A program made the position numbers and the translations under genes. A model generated the notes under the pieces. That model did no database searches. It was not told the DNA's origin and saw nothing but the letters and a program-made list of their open reading frames with translations. A stretch of DNA of 64,000 nucleotides. Origin: Alphaproteobacteria bacterium (GTDB lineage Bacteria; Pseudomonadota; Alphaproteobacteria; Rs-D84). This document shows, piece after piece, positions 37,836 to 47,071 of this stretch. Positions within the stretch are counted from its first letter, which is position 1. Every line of letters starts with the position of its first letter. Location of the stretch: NCBI GenBank assembly GCA_017935245.1, contig JAGBHZ010000001.1:8031-72030 (forward strand). Direction: 5' to 3'.

Positions 37836-39398
37836 TTATTGTTCACAACCATATTCGCCACACATTGATTCAGAATATTCCTGAACCTCTATCGCGACGG
37901 GGGCCGGGGTGGCCGGTTCCTCATAATGAACTTCTTTTACAACGCGAACACGGCGATTTTCCGCATTTGGCGTATTATCAGGCGTTGGAACAGCTAAATC
38001 TTCTTCACCGGCCGATACCGCAACAATCTGACTGGCGGGAATACCATATTGAATCAGCATTTTCTGAACCGCTTCGGCACGACGACCGCCCAAGGCATAG
38101 TTATAATTGCTGGACCCCATGGTATCGGTATGACCGACAACAGAAACCTTGATATTTTTATTTTCTTGGGTTGCGGTTGCCAATTTTTTTATCAATTCTT
38201 GATATTCTGGTTTTATTGCAGATTTATTAAAATCAAAGCGCACTTCAAACACTTCTTCCATAACATGCTGTTGTGGGGTTAATGGAATTTGCTGAACCTT
38301 TATCATTGTTTTTTCGCCAGCCGCGGCCTGTAATTGATCCAAACGCGCATTAATGGCCGCCAATTCAGAACGCATTGCCATCATCATGTTGATGAATTCT
38401 TCGCGCGTAACCAATTCTTCACTTACCATTGGAATTGGTTCTTGTTCTTCTTCGACAACAACGATTGGCGATATAACCGCGTTCATGCAATCTGTATCAT
38501 TTTCAGGGCAATCGTGTGGTGCAATGTTGTTGTTACTGTTATGAACACTGTTGTCATTGGCACTTTTGTTAATGGTTTTGTCGCCGCCATAGATATTTTG
38601 ATTAAATACCAATGGCTGTACCGGAACCGGATTAATCAAGTGTTCTGGCACATTTACGTTATTCACGATAATAACCCCTTCGCGGGCGCGGGATGCATCC
38701 GCCATGGCATTCATGTTTCGTGTATCTGGATAATATGTTTCAACCGACTTTGTTTCTGATACCGCGCAATCATCCCCCGAACAATCGGCGGTTATGGTTT
38801 GCACATCAACACTTTTAACGGTTTTCGATACGTTAACAATGCGCCCACCCTTGCAGTCGGCCAATGCAGCCATCGTTTTTTCAAATCGGTCCCGACACTG
38901 ACCAACAGTTTTTATTTGAGAAGTAGCAGCGGCAGACAACCAGCAATCAAATTTTGCCTGGGCTTCGGCCGCCAATTGTGGATTGTTATGCGCGGCATCA
39001 CTTTTTAATTGTTCCATTAGATTGTTATATGCCGTGTACAGTTCAAATGATTCTTGTTCATTTTCAATTGGCCAATTGTCCAAGGATTCTGGAAACGGCG
39101 TTTCGCCAGAAAATGCAGCAACCGCCTTGTTTGCGAACAATTCACCCATGTCTGGATATCCGCTGGTGCGGGCATTATAAATTGCATACGAACGATAATT
39201 CATTGCCAGTTGATTTAAAAAGGAATCTTTGTGTGGGGCCGAATAAACATCCAATGTTTCAACATAATCAACCGTTGGCGTCGCAACAGGTGCAAATTCA
39301 TCCACTTCATTATTACCCGTGGCGCACCCCGCCAATGTTACAGCCGCGCCCAACATTAACATACGTGCAATAATCCATGTAGAAAGTTTATTTCTCAT
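37836..39398 (-). CDS. OmpA family lipoprotein
   Basis: Trimmed to MRNKLSTWIIARMLMLGAAVTLAGC (lipobox). The C-terminal OmpA domain reads VVGHTDTMGSSNYNYALGGRRAEAV. Confidence 0.8.
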   Translation of the reverse strand: MRNKLSTWIIARMLMLGAAVTLAGCATGNNEVDEFAPVATPTVDYVETLDVYSAPHKDSFLNQLAMNYRSYAIYNARTSGYPDMGELFANKAVAAFSGETPFPESLDNWPIENEQESFELYTAYNNLMEQLKSDAAHNNPQLAAEAQAKFDCWLSAAATSQIKTVGQCRDRFEKTMAALADCKGGRIVNVSKTVKSVDVQTITADCSGDDCAVSETKSVETYYPDTRNMNAMADASRAREGVIIVNNVNVPEHLINPVPVQPLVFNQNIYGGDKTINKSANDNSVHNSNNNIAPHDCPENDTDCMNAVISPIVVVEEEQEPIPMVSEELVTREEFINMMMAMRSELAAINARLDQLQAAAGEKTMIKVQQIPLTPQQHVMEEVFEVRFDFNKSAIKPEYQELIKKLATATQENKNIKVSVVGHTDTMGSSNYNYALGGRRAEAVQKMLIQYGIPASQIVAVSAGEEDLAVPTPDNTPNAENRRVRVVKEVHYEEPATPAPVAIEVQEYSESMCGEYGCEQ

Positions 39399-39487
39399 CC
39401 CTGAATCCTTTGTTATAATCCCATGTATTATACGATTTTTTATAAACTTAGTAAAGCATAAAAAACGAGTCATGCGACCCGCTTTTT

Positions 39488-40318
39488 TTATTTATCCATT
39501 GCTGATGAAATAAATCCGCCAATTGATTGCAGGCCACCAATCGCCCCACCAAATCCAGAACCGCCGGAATTGCTTACAACACCACTAACCGCATCCATAA
39601 TTGACGCAGTGTTTGTTGGTTGCCCCAGCGTGCCGATTGACTGGGTCAAGAAATTGCCCCATAATGCGCGCTTTGTCTGGCTAAGCCGGGCGGATGAACA
39701 TTTTTCCGTCTTGGAAATTATTTTTGCCGCAACGCTGGCTTCACTTGGGGTATAATCTGCTTCTGTAAAATCAATCAGATTAAATATTTCATAGATATCG
39801 GACGAGTATTTTTGGTCTTTACCACATGTGCGCGAGCCGTCATCACAGTATGTAGCGGTTCCAACACGCGGAAAATTATACCAAACCATACCCTCATCGC
39901 TTTCGCTGCGAAATGTATCATAACAGATATCGGCGCCATCCATCATTGCGGCAATTTCGACCGATGTTTGGTATCCGCCAATACCGGTTGAATTATCGCA
40001 TGGGCGGCGACTTAGCGAACGTTGGACGTCTTCATCGCTGGCTGCACCGGTTTTTGCCCACTCCTTAACCATGTTGTTAACAAATGTTATTTCCGCAGAT
40101 GTGGGACGACATTCGGCATCCATGGCGTTAACCTGTTGATTTAGGGCCTTGACCCCGGCAACCAGTGTTAGGGCCGTTCCGACCAATCCACCCGCGCCAT
40201 CAATTGCAGTTGATTGTTTGGTTGCCACAGGCGCCGCTTTTTTAATAGAAACCGCGGCCATGGCCGGGGCCATCGCCATAAAACATGCGCACAAAACTAA
40301 TAAATGGGCTTTTTTCAT
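39488..40318 (-). CDS. secreted hypothetical protein
   Basis: MKKAHLLVLCACFMAMAPAMA signal peptide. The C-terminus is Gly/Ser-rich. Confidence 0.55.
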   Translation of the reverse strand: MKKAHLLVLCACFMAMAPAMAAVSIKKAAPVATKQSTAIDGAGGLVGTALTLVAGVKALNQQVNAMDAECRPTSAEITFVNNMVKEWAKTGAASDEDVQRSLSRRPCDNSTGIGGYQTSVEIAAMMDGADICYDTFRSESDEGMVWYNFPRVGTATYCDDGSRTCGKDQKYSSDIYEIFNLIDFTEADYTPSEASVAAKIISKTEKCSSARLSQTKRALWGNFLTQSIGTLGQPTNTASIMDAVSGVVSNSGGSGFGGAIGGLQSIGGFISSAMDK

Positions 40319-40368
40319 CTCTCTTGGCGATATTATAACATAAAAATAAATTCAGATAAATATAAAAA

Positions 40369-40884
40369 TTGCTTTTTTTATTTATGCGCGTTACACTGGG
40401 GGACGTGCACAAAGACAAACGAAATTTTATTATATTTTTTAAACACAGACGCCTTAAACGTTTGTGGCAGTTTTTCTTTACCGGATGGGGCCTGGTAATG
40501 GTGGTGGCGCTGATTGCCGGTTCGTTATTTACACGCGAATTATTGTGGACGCCGATTTCTGCGGTTAATATGGCCGATATTGTAACGAACCAGTTTAAAA
40601 TGTCTAATGCGGCATTTGCAGGCGTTGATCAAAATGGTGAACCGTTCAGGTTGCATGCCCAAACCGGTCGCCAAGAATACGATAACCCAGATGTTATATT
40701 CTTGGATGTGGTTTCTGGTAACGCCATCCGATTCCAAGATGGCCAACGTGTAAAATATGACTTTACCGCCAATACCGGTGAATATAATCGCAAAAAAAAG
40801 AATATCCGCCTGATTGGTAATGTAAAAATATTTATCAGTAATGGCGACAAAATATTTACAGACGAAATGGTGATTAAATTATGA
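40369..40884 (+). CDS. lptC: LPS export system protein LptC-like
   Basis: Has a TM anchor (GWGLVMVVALIAGSLF) and the expected size. Its stop overlaps the lptB ATG (ATGA). Confidence 0.6.
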   Translation: MLFLFMRVTLGDVHKDKRNFIIFFKHRRLKRLWQFFFTGWGLVMVVALIAGSLFTRELLWTPISAVNMADIVTNQFKMSNAAFAGVDQNGEPFRLHAQTGRQEYDNPDVIFLDVVSGNAIRFQDGQRVKYDFTANTGEYNRKKKNIRLIGNVKIFISNGDKIFTDEMVIKL

Positions 40885-41609
40885 AACAATCTGTTTTGCG
40901 TGTTGAACACTTATCAAAATCATACGGCAAGCGTATGGTTATCAAAGATGTATCACTGGTCGCGCGCCAGGGCGAATCGGTTGGGCTGCTTGGCCCAAAT
41001 GGCGCGGGAAAAACGACGGCGTTTTATTGCATTACGGGACAATTGTCGGCAACGGGGGGGCAAATATTCTTGAATTCTCAGAATATTACCCATCTGCCAT
41101 TTTATCAGCGTGCACGCCTGCACATTGGATATCTGCCCCAGGAAAACAGTGTTTTTCGCGGTCTGACGGTGGAACAGAATATCATGGCAATTTTAGAGGT
41201 TGTTGAACCAGACAAGAAAAAGCGCCAAAAGAAACTGGATTCATTATTAGAAGAATTTTCGATTTCATCCCTGCGGCGCAGTCCGGCAACCGCATTGTCG
41301 GGCGGTGAACGTCGTCGCGTTGAAATTGCGCGCGCATTGGCCAATGATCCAAAGTTTATATTGCTGGACGAACCGTTTGCCGGGATTGACCCGATTGCGG
41401 TAAATGATATTCGTGGGTTGGTATCACAATTAAAGAACCGCGGTCTGGGGGTTATTATTACCGACCATAATGTGCGTGAAACATTGGGGATTACCGATCG
41501 CAGTTATGTTTTACACGATGGCAAAATTCTTAAACACGGCACAACCGAAGAAATTGTCCAAGATGAAATGGTAAAAAAAGTTTATCTGGGCGAAGATTTT
41601 GTTATGTAA
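40881..41609 (+). CDS. lptB: LPS export ABC transporter ATP-binding protein
   Basis: Walker A (GPNGAGKTT), LSGGERRRVEIARAL, Walker B (ILLDEP) and an LptB-type C-terminus. Confidence 0.93.
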   Translation: MKQSVLRVEHLSKSYGKRMVIKDVSLVARQGESVGLLGPNGAGKTTAFYCITGQLSATGGQIFLNSQNITHLPFYQRARLHIGYLPQENSVFRGLTVEQNIMAILEVVEPDKKKRQKKLDSLLEEFSISSLRRSPATALSGGERRRVEIARALANDPKFILLDEPFAGIDPIAVNDIRGLVSQLKNRGLGVIITDHNVRETLGITDRSYVLHDGKILKHGTTEEIVQDEMVKKVYLGEDFVM

Positions 41610-41637
41610 AAAAATCCTGGCATTGCCGGGATTTTTA
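41608..41637. terminator. bidirectional terminator
   Basis: ATCCTGGC-ATT-GCCGGGAT. Confidence 0.75.
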
Positions 41638-42174
41638 CAATTCACGTTCGCGAACCTTTTGGCGTTCTTGGGCGGTGCGTGAATCAAAAATTTCCTGGAA
41701 CGATGGCACGTGGGATATTGTGGTTTCTTTCTTTGTGTTTGGCGCACCACTGACAAATCCATTGATTTTATGCATCAACAAATCTATTCCGTTTTGAATT
41801 TTGACTTCTGCGTTATGTTCCCAATCTGATTTTTTATCCCCCGGACAGTGAATTGGCATATTTGTACGCGGGGCGGTGCGCATTTTTTCTGCCCATGTGG
41901 TGCGCATGTCAAACGTCGCCTGGCGGGCGAACATGGTTGCGGCATTGTTAATAGAAATTGCAAAAACGTAATCACGTAATTGATCCAGTGCATTTTGCCA
42001 TGCATCGCGCAAAATTCCGCCCGCCAACCAATTACGCAGGCTTAACCCCTGGAAAATTAATTCCAGGGCGTTTGTTATTTGAATACGGTCCAGTTCGCTT
42101 AATTGCATCAGTTCAATGTTTTCTGACGATTCCCCTGACAGCATTGCAATTGTTTTTTCAAAATCAATATCCAT
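41635..42174 (-). CDS. hypothetical protein (paralog of 42200..43024)
   Basis: Shares L-x-L-x-F-x-GLS-x-x-NW...L-x-x-AWQ-x-A with the upstream gene. Confidence 0.5.
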   Translation of the reverse strand: MDIDFEKTIAMLSGESSENIELMQLSELDRIQITNALELIFQGLSLRNWLAGGILRDAWQNALDQLRDYVFAISINNAATMFARQATFDMRTTWAEKMRTAPRTNMPIHCPGDKKSDWEHNAEVKIQNGIDLLMHKINGFVSGAPNTKKETTISHVPSFQEIFDSRTAQERQKVREREL

Positions 42175-42199
42175 TTTTATACCCCCTGTGCTGGTGTTT

Positions 42200-43024
42200 T
42201 TATGCCGTCTTTTGTTGTGCCTGGATCAGCATTTGCATACGAATAATTTCCGCCATATTCACAACACGACCGGACGCCTGGGCGAACTGTGGCTTCATAT
42301 CTGGTTTCGCCACAGACTTTTTAATCTGTGCCGCGATTTGCTGGTCTTTGGCCTCTTGCGACAAAGAACGCGGTTTTTCAACGGGACGCACATCCGTCTG
42401 TTTGGAATTTGCCGCCGATTTTTCTGGCGCCACTGCCGCGGAATTGACCCCTGGTTTTGCTACAATTTTTTCGCCGTTCTTGGTCTGTGGGATATCTGAT
42501 TTATGTTTTGCATCAACCGACATTGCGGGCTTTTGTTTGCCTGATTGTGCGGCAACCTGTAACGGTTGTTTGGTTATGGTGTTGGATTGTGATTTGTCCA
42601 TGTCAAATTTGCACTGGGATGATAATAATGTTATTTCACCCATGGCCGAACGAATATTACGGATGGCATATTCACGCATCTGGGTTACATCACCATTAAA
42701 CGTCGCATCGCGTTGCGGATGTGTCATTATATGACGCGGCCATGTTTGCTTGTGCGTTTCATGCATAATTTTCAAGAATTGTGTTGCCGGATTTTTTTCA
42801 TCACGCGCATTTATGATATTTTGCGCCTGGGTAAATGCGGTCTGCCACGCGGTGCCCAGATTCTTTTTATTTGTCCAATTCAGGCACGACAAACCAAAGT
42901 ATAATTTCAAATACGCGTTCCCCAGTTGGCGTTTCTTATCCGCATCCAGTTTAATATGTGCAGATTTAATATGTAATTTTTCCTGAATCTCAGGGTTGTG
43001 TAACAAATTTTGAATATTATTCAT
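42200..43024 (-). CDS. hypothetical protein with a K/Q/A/P-rich C-terminal half
   Basis: 274-aa ORF. The N-terminal domain is paralogous to 41635..42174. Confidence 0.5.
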   Translation of the reverse strand: MNNIQNLLHNPEIQEKLHIKSAHIKLDADKKRQLGNAYLKLYFGLSCLNWTNKKNLGTAWQTAFTQAQNIINARDEKNPATQFLKIMHETHKQTWPRHIMTHPQRDATFNGDVTQMREYAIRNIRSAMGEITLLSSQCKFDMDKSQSNTITKQPLQVAAQSGKQKPAMSVDAKHKSDIPQTKNGEKIVAKPGVNSAAVAPEKSAANSKQTDVRPVEKPRSLSQEAKDQQIAAQIKKSVAKPDMKPQFAQASGRVVNMAEIIRMQMLIQAQQKTA

Positions 43025-43190
43025 ATCGGACCCCTTTGGTTAAAAATTCCCGCGGTCTCATCACCCCAGGAAATATATATAGGTCGCCCGTCATATCTTT
43101 TCAAGAGGGCCGTGTCAAGAAAAAAGATTTTTTGACATATGTCCTAGTCCCGTGTAAAAATGTACATGTTCATACCAGAACAACATACTG

Positions 43191-43250
43191 TTGCCAATAA
43201 TGGGCGGTATGGGTATGGACCCGCATCTTGCCAATAATGGGGGTGTGGCA
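43191..43250 (+). promoter_or_regulatory. tandem TTGCCAATAATGGG(C/G)GGT(A/G)TGG motif pair in the porin leader
   Basis: The two copies start at 43191 and 43228. The same motif (TTGCCATAATGGGGTGTGG) occurs on the minus strand at 11335-11353. Confidence 0.45.
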
Positions 43251-43274
43251 TTCATCGAACAACGAAGGAGTTAA

Positions 43275-44345
43275 ATGATGAAAAAAACTTTAAGCGCAGC
43301 GGTTGCCTTGTCTGTACTTGCGGCACCTGCATATGCGGCGAATCTGGAAAACCCACTGTACATGCCAAAAGCAAACCAGATGTATTCAAAAACATCTGTT
43401 GGTGTTATGTACAAGATTGCAGATGATTCAACCGCACACGTAAACAAAGAACACGATGGCGCAACAGAATTCCCAATCTGGCGTTTGCACGAAGAATTGG
43501 GTTATGGTATTACCGACCGCCTGGAAGCATATGCCAAGGTTGGTTACACCCACGACGATGACATTGCCCGCAAAGGCATGCACCAGGGTCGTGTTGGTTT
43601 GAAATACCGTGCCTTTGAAACGACAGATGGCTTTGCGTGGGACATCTATGCCGACGCACACCTGGGCGGGGTCAGTGGTATGACCGGTTCATACGCAAAT
43701 AACGGCTTTACATATGACAATTATTCAAATGGTCGCTGGGGATTCCACGCGGGAACCCAGGTTGGTAAAACTTGGTCCAAATTCACCGGCGCGGCATTCT
43801 TTGAAGTACTGCAAACATTTGGTAATGATAACAATGAAATCGATGTAACGGGTATGAAGTTCCCGATTCCTGTAACAGGGATGGGGGTTGTTCCATTGTC
43901 TGCCGCCCAGTTAGGGTTTCCAGATGAAATTTCGGTTGATTTGAAATCTACAACTGAATTTAATGCCGGACTAAAAACGTTCTATCAGATTGATGATCGT
44001 TGGTCCGTTGGTGCCGGATTCACATTTAAACACCATGAAGATAACAGTGTAGAAGGTTTGGCGTCTGATTTGGGTGCGATTAATACAGGTACCCCGGCGC
44101 TGGATGCGGGTTTAACCGCCGCCAAAGCACAACAGACGGTTGTGGACACCCTATTGGCGACTGTTAAAGACATGAACGATGGATTTGATGAATACATCAT
44201 TTCATTGTCTGGTTCATACCAGTTGACAGACACAACACAAATCACACTGTACGGTGAATACACATTTGACGACGCACACCAGATGTCGCAAAACGGCACG
44301 GATGTAAAGGCCGAAATCGGTGCACGCGTCAACGTTGTGTTCTAA
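43275..44345 (+). CDS. outer-membrane beta-barrel (porin-like) protein
   Basis: AAGGAG SD, signal peptide MMKKTLSAAVALSVLAAPAYA, alternating beta-strand pattern, and a C-terminal ...RVNVVF. Confidence 0.7.
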   Translation: MMKKTLSAAVALSVLAAPAYAANLENPLYMPKANQMYSKTSVGVMYKIADDSTAHVNKEHDGATEFPIWRLHEELGYGITDRLEAYAKVGYTHDDDIARKGMHQGRVGLKYRAFETTDGFAWDIYADAHLGGVSGMTGSYANNGFTYDNYSNGRWGFHAGTQVGKTWSKFTGAAFFEVLQTFGNDNNEIDVTGMKFPIPVTGMGVVPLSAAQLGFPDEISVDLKSTTEFNAGLKTFYQIDDRWSVGAGFTFKHHEDNSVEGLASDLGAINTGTPALDAGLTAAKAQQTVVDTLLATVKDMNDGFDEYIISLSGSYQLTDTTQITLYGEYTFDDAHQMSQNGTDVKAEIGARVNVVF

Positions 44346-44379
44346 ATAAAGCAAAATAATAAAATTAATATATATTGGA

Positions 44380-44410
44380 CAAAAATCCCGGCATTGCCGG
44401 GATTTTTTTA
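44380..44410 (+). terminator. porin gene terminator
   Basis: AAAAATCCCGGC-ATT-GCCGGGATTTTTTT. Confidence 0.8.
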
Positions 44411-44413
44411 ATA

Positions 44414-44509
44414 TGCACTATAATATGCAGCATTCGCCGCACATAACCACTATCCACTAAACTTTTATTTATTGCGGTACTATGAATACCATCACTGATC
44501 AATAACCAC
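44414..44509. repeat. intergenic repeat element copy B (inverted relative to A; two heptamers only)
   Basis: The reverse complement AATAAATAAAAGTTTAGTGGATAGTGGTTATGTGCGGCGAATGCTGCATATTATAGTGCA aligns to copy A, apart from a 21-nt (3 x 7) gap. Confidence 0.7.
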
Positions 44510-44538
44510 TAAAAAATCCCCCAAACGGGGGATTTTTT
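44510..44538 (-). terminator. tsf terminator
   Basis: ATCCCCC-AAAC-GGGGGAT. Confidence 0.8.
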
Positions 44539-45406
44539 ATTTCAACATTTTGGCAACTTCGTCGGCCAAATTGTCTTCGCGTTTTTCAATGCCTTCGCCC
44601 AAGACAAAGAACGCAAAGCCCGCCAATTTACCACCGGCTTCGCCAATAACATCTTTGACTGACTTGCTTGGGTCCATAACAAATGGCTGTTCTTCCAGAA
44701 CGGATTCCGCATACCATTTATTGATACGACCTTGAATCATCTTTTCGACAACCATTTCTGGTTTGCCCGCGGTCGCACCTGATTCAATGAACACTTTCTT
44801 TTCACGTTCAACCGCCACTGGATCAACATCGGCAATTGTCATAAATTCTGGTTTATTTGCCGCAATGTGCATTGCAATTTTTGAACCGATTTCATCGATT
44901 TTAGCATCCGTTCCATCAATTGCAACCGCAACACCAATCTGGCCCATACCCGGAACCAGGGCATTGTGAATATATGTAAAGATTTTATCACCCTTGACCG
45001 TTGCGATACGGCGCAGGTTCATATTTTCACCAATTGTTGCAATTGTTGCCGCGACATCATCTTTTACCGCGTTCATCGTTGCATCGAAATCGCCACCCAA
45101 TTCTAACGCCTTGGCTGCGACATCGGCAACCAATTTCTGGAACTTTTCATTTTTAGCAACGAAATCCGTTTCTGCATTTAATTCAACAACGCAACCCATA
45201 CCATCTGTTTTAACAACGGTAACCAGACCCGATGCCGCAACACGACCGGCCTTGGACGCGGCTTTAACGATACCTTTCTGGCGCAACCAATCGGCGGCGG
45301 CCTGGATATCACCATCATTTTCCACCAGGGCTTTTTTACAATCCATCATACCTGCAGATGTTTTTTCACGCAGTTCTTGGATTAATTTTGTTGTAATTTC
45401 TGCCAT
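44537..45406 (-). CDS. tsf: translation elongation factor Ts
   Basis: MAEITTKLIQELREKTSAGMMDCKKAL is a UBA-like N-terminus. The sequence is EF-Ts-like over its full length. Confidence 0.95.
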   Translation of the reverse strand: MAEITTKLIQELREKTSAGMMDCKKALVENDGDIQAAADWLRQKGIVKAASKAGRVAASGLVTVVKTDGMGCVVELNAETDFVAKNEKFQKLVADVAAKALELGGDFDATMNAVKDDVAATIATIGENMNLRRIATVKGDKIFTYIHNALVPGMGQIGVAVAIDGTDAKIDEIGSKIAMHIAANKPEFMTIADVDPVAVEREKKVFIESGATAGKPEMVVEKMIQGRINKWYAESVLEEQPFVMDPSKSVKDVIGEAGGKLAGFAFFVLGEGIEKREDNLADEVAKMLK

Positions 45407-45483
45407 GTGTTTTCTCCCAAATTTTTATTAAAGAATCTTGTTGCCGGGGGCAATCCCCCGGCGATTATTTTATATCACAGATA

Positions 45484-46335
45484 TTATTTATCTGCTTTTT
45501 CTGCCAATTTGGCACGACGTTCTGAACGTGCTTCGGATGTTTTGGACTTAATCTTGGCTTCTTTTTCCTTGATTTCATCTTCCAAATCATCTGCCGCATC
45601 GGCCTTCATATCAGATTCGATTTTTTTACCGGCTGCGCCACCCAGGCGTTTTTCAATACCGGACAAAATCGCATCTACGAACAAATCACAGTACAATTGT
45701 GTTGCACGTGCCGCGTCGTCATTACCCGGAACCGGATAATCAACCATTTCTGGATTCGCGTTTGTATCGCAAATTGCGATTGTTGGGATATCCAGATTTT
45801 TCGCTTCACGAACCGCGTTCATTTCACGTGGAACATCGATTACAACCATCGCCTGGGGTACGCCGTGCATTTCCAAGATACCACCGAAAATATCGCGCAG
45901 TTTTTCTACTTCCTTGGTCATAACACCGACTTCTTTCTTGGTCAGGCCTAATTTTTCAGCGTTTTCGATATCATGTTCCATCTTTTTCAAACGACGAATA
46001 GACTGTGAAACCGTTGTCCAGTTTGTCAACATACCACCCAACCAGCGGTTGTTCACATAATATTGACCACAACGTTCGGCGGCATCTTTTACGATGTCTT
46101 TTGCCTGGTGCTTGGTTGCGACGAACAGAATCTTACCACCGGCGGCGGCGATTGCTTCCAGTGCAACCAACGAACGATGCAACAATGGTGCAGTCTTGTT
46201 CAGATTGATAATATGAATTTTATCTTTAACGCCATAAACATATGGTGTCATCAATGGGTTCCAGCGACGTGTATGATGTCCAAAATGAACACCGGCTTCC
46301 ATCAACTGTTTCATTGTAAATGTTGGCAATGCCAT
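45484..46335 (-). CDS. rpsB: 30S ribosomal protein S2
   Basis: MKQLMEAGVHFGHHTRRWNP... with a charged C-terminal extension. Confidence 0.97.
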   Translation of the reverse strand: MALPTFTMKQLMEAGVHFGHHTRRWNPLMTPYVYGVKDKIHIINLNKTAPLLHRSLVALEAIAAAGGKILFVATKHQAKDIVKDAAERCGQYYVNNRWLGGMLTNWTTVSQSIRRLKKMEHDIENAEKLGLTKKEVGVMTKEVEKLRDIFGGILEMHGVPQAMVVIDVPREMNAVREAKNLDIPTIAICDTNANPEMVDYPVPGNDDAARATQLYCDLFVDAILSGIEKRLGGAAGKKIESDMKADAADDLEDEIKEKEAKIKSKTSEARSERRAKLAEKADK

Positions 46336-46504
46336 GATTTAATCCTTTTTTGTGTTGTTATCCTCGCCGTGTGCAGAAACCCGAATTTTTTGTTTCGGAC
46401 ACAAATTAAGCACAACGGTTGTGTTATTCGCACGGATGTGCGTGCCCCGATAATAGACCAAACCACACAAAAAATCAAGTAAAATTATAAAAAAATCATA
46501 TTGT

Positions 46505-46747
46505 TCATATACACCGTTTGCGCATCATTAATTCACGGACAGTTTTGTCTGAATCCACCTCTCGTATATCTAACAGGTATCGTTTTGTCCGGGTTAAATG
46601 ACAGCACATTTCTTTGTGCACAAAATTTACCAACCTTAACATCGACATACTGTCTATTTCAAAGCCAGAATATCTTTCGTGTAACTCTTCTAGTTTTTTT
46701 ATAGCATCTTCCAGATATGCTTCTGCATCCATTTTATAATATCCCAT
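46505..46747 (-). CDS. hypothetical 80-aa protein (doubtful)
   Basis: Open frame only. It has no SD, and a terminator-like hairpin sits immediately upstream. Confidence 0.3.
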   Translation of the reverse strand: MGYYKMDAEAYLEDAIKKLEELHERYSGFEIDSMSMLRLVNFVHKEMCCHLTRTKRYLLDIREVDSDKTVRELMMRKRCI

Positions 46748-46760
46748 TGTTTTAAATTAA

Positions 46761-46790
46761 TAAAAAACCATCTGTTCAAAAAAACAGATG
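46761..46790 (-). terminator. orphan terminator-like hairpin
   Basis: CCATCTGTT-N6-AACAGATGG with a T6 run only on the minus strand. No annotated minus-strand gene ends here. Confidence 0.4.
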
Positions 46791-46799
46791 GGGCTGGAC

Positions 46800-46832
46800 G
46801 TTAGTAACTACCATAGTAATAGTGCCACTTAT
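46800..46832. repeat. partial third copy of the TAGT/CCACT repeat family
   Basis: GTTAGTAACTACCATAGTAATAGTGCCACTT resembles CATCATAGTGCCTTCACTTACCACTT in copy A. Confidence 0.4.
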
Positions 46833-47000
46833 TCTATATATTAAGCGACCATCCAACCCCAGAATTTCGAGTTTGGATTTTTGCGTTCTTTCGAACAACT
46901 ATGGGGGCTACTAAACCCCATCACGACAACCGCCGTAACATGGGCAATTATATAACATTTTTCATCAAATTCCATAAAATTATTCCCACACCTAAAAATA

Positions 47001-47028
47001 TTGACAAGCACGCATTTTGTACTATATT
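47001..47028 (+). promoter_or_regulatory. sigma70-type promoter for the S8 autotransporter
   Basis: TTGACA-N16-TATATT, about 44 nt upstream of the ATG. Confidence 0.5.
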
Positions 47029-47071
47029 AATAAGTGTGTGGGCATGGTGCCCGAAACGAGGTGTGAATTAT

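Noticed and set aside
43237-43278. uORFs in the porin leader and in leaders X and Y as real leader peptides
   Set aside because: None has a Shine-Dalgarno sequence, and their peptide sequences are not conserved between copies; only the nucleotide motif is. They are mentioned in the findings but not annotated as CDS.
46336-46504. The rpsB 5' region as a known S2 autoregulatory leader
   Set aside because: A TTGATT-N17-TATTAT promoter and hairpins such as GCACG-N6-CGTGC are visible on the minus strand. However, I cannot match them by eye to the described rpsB leader pseudoknot. This needs Rfam.
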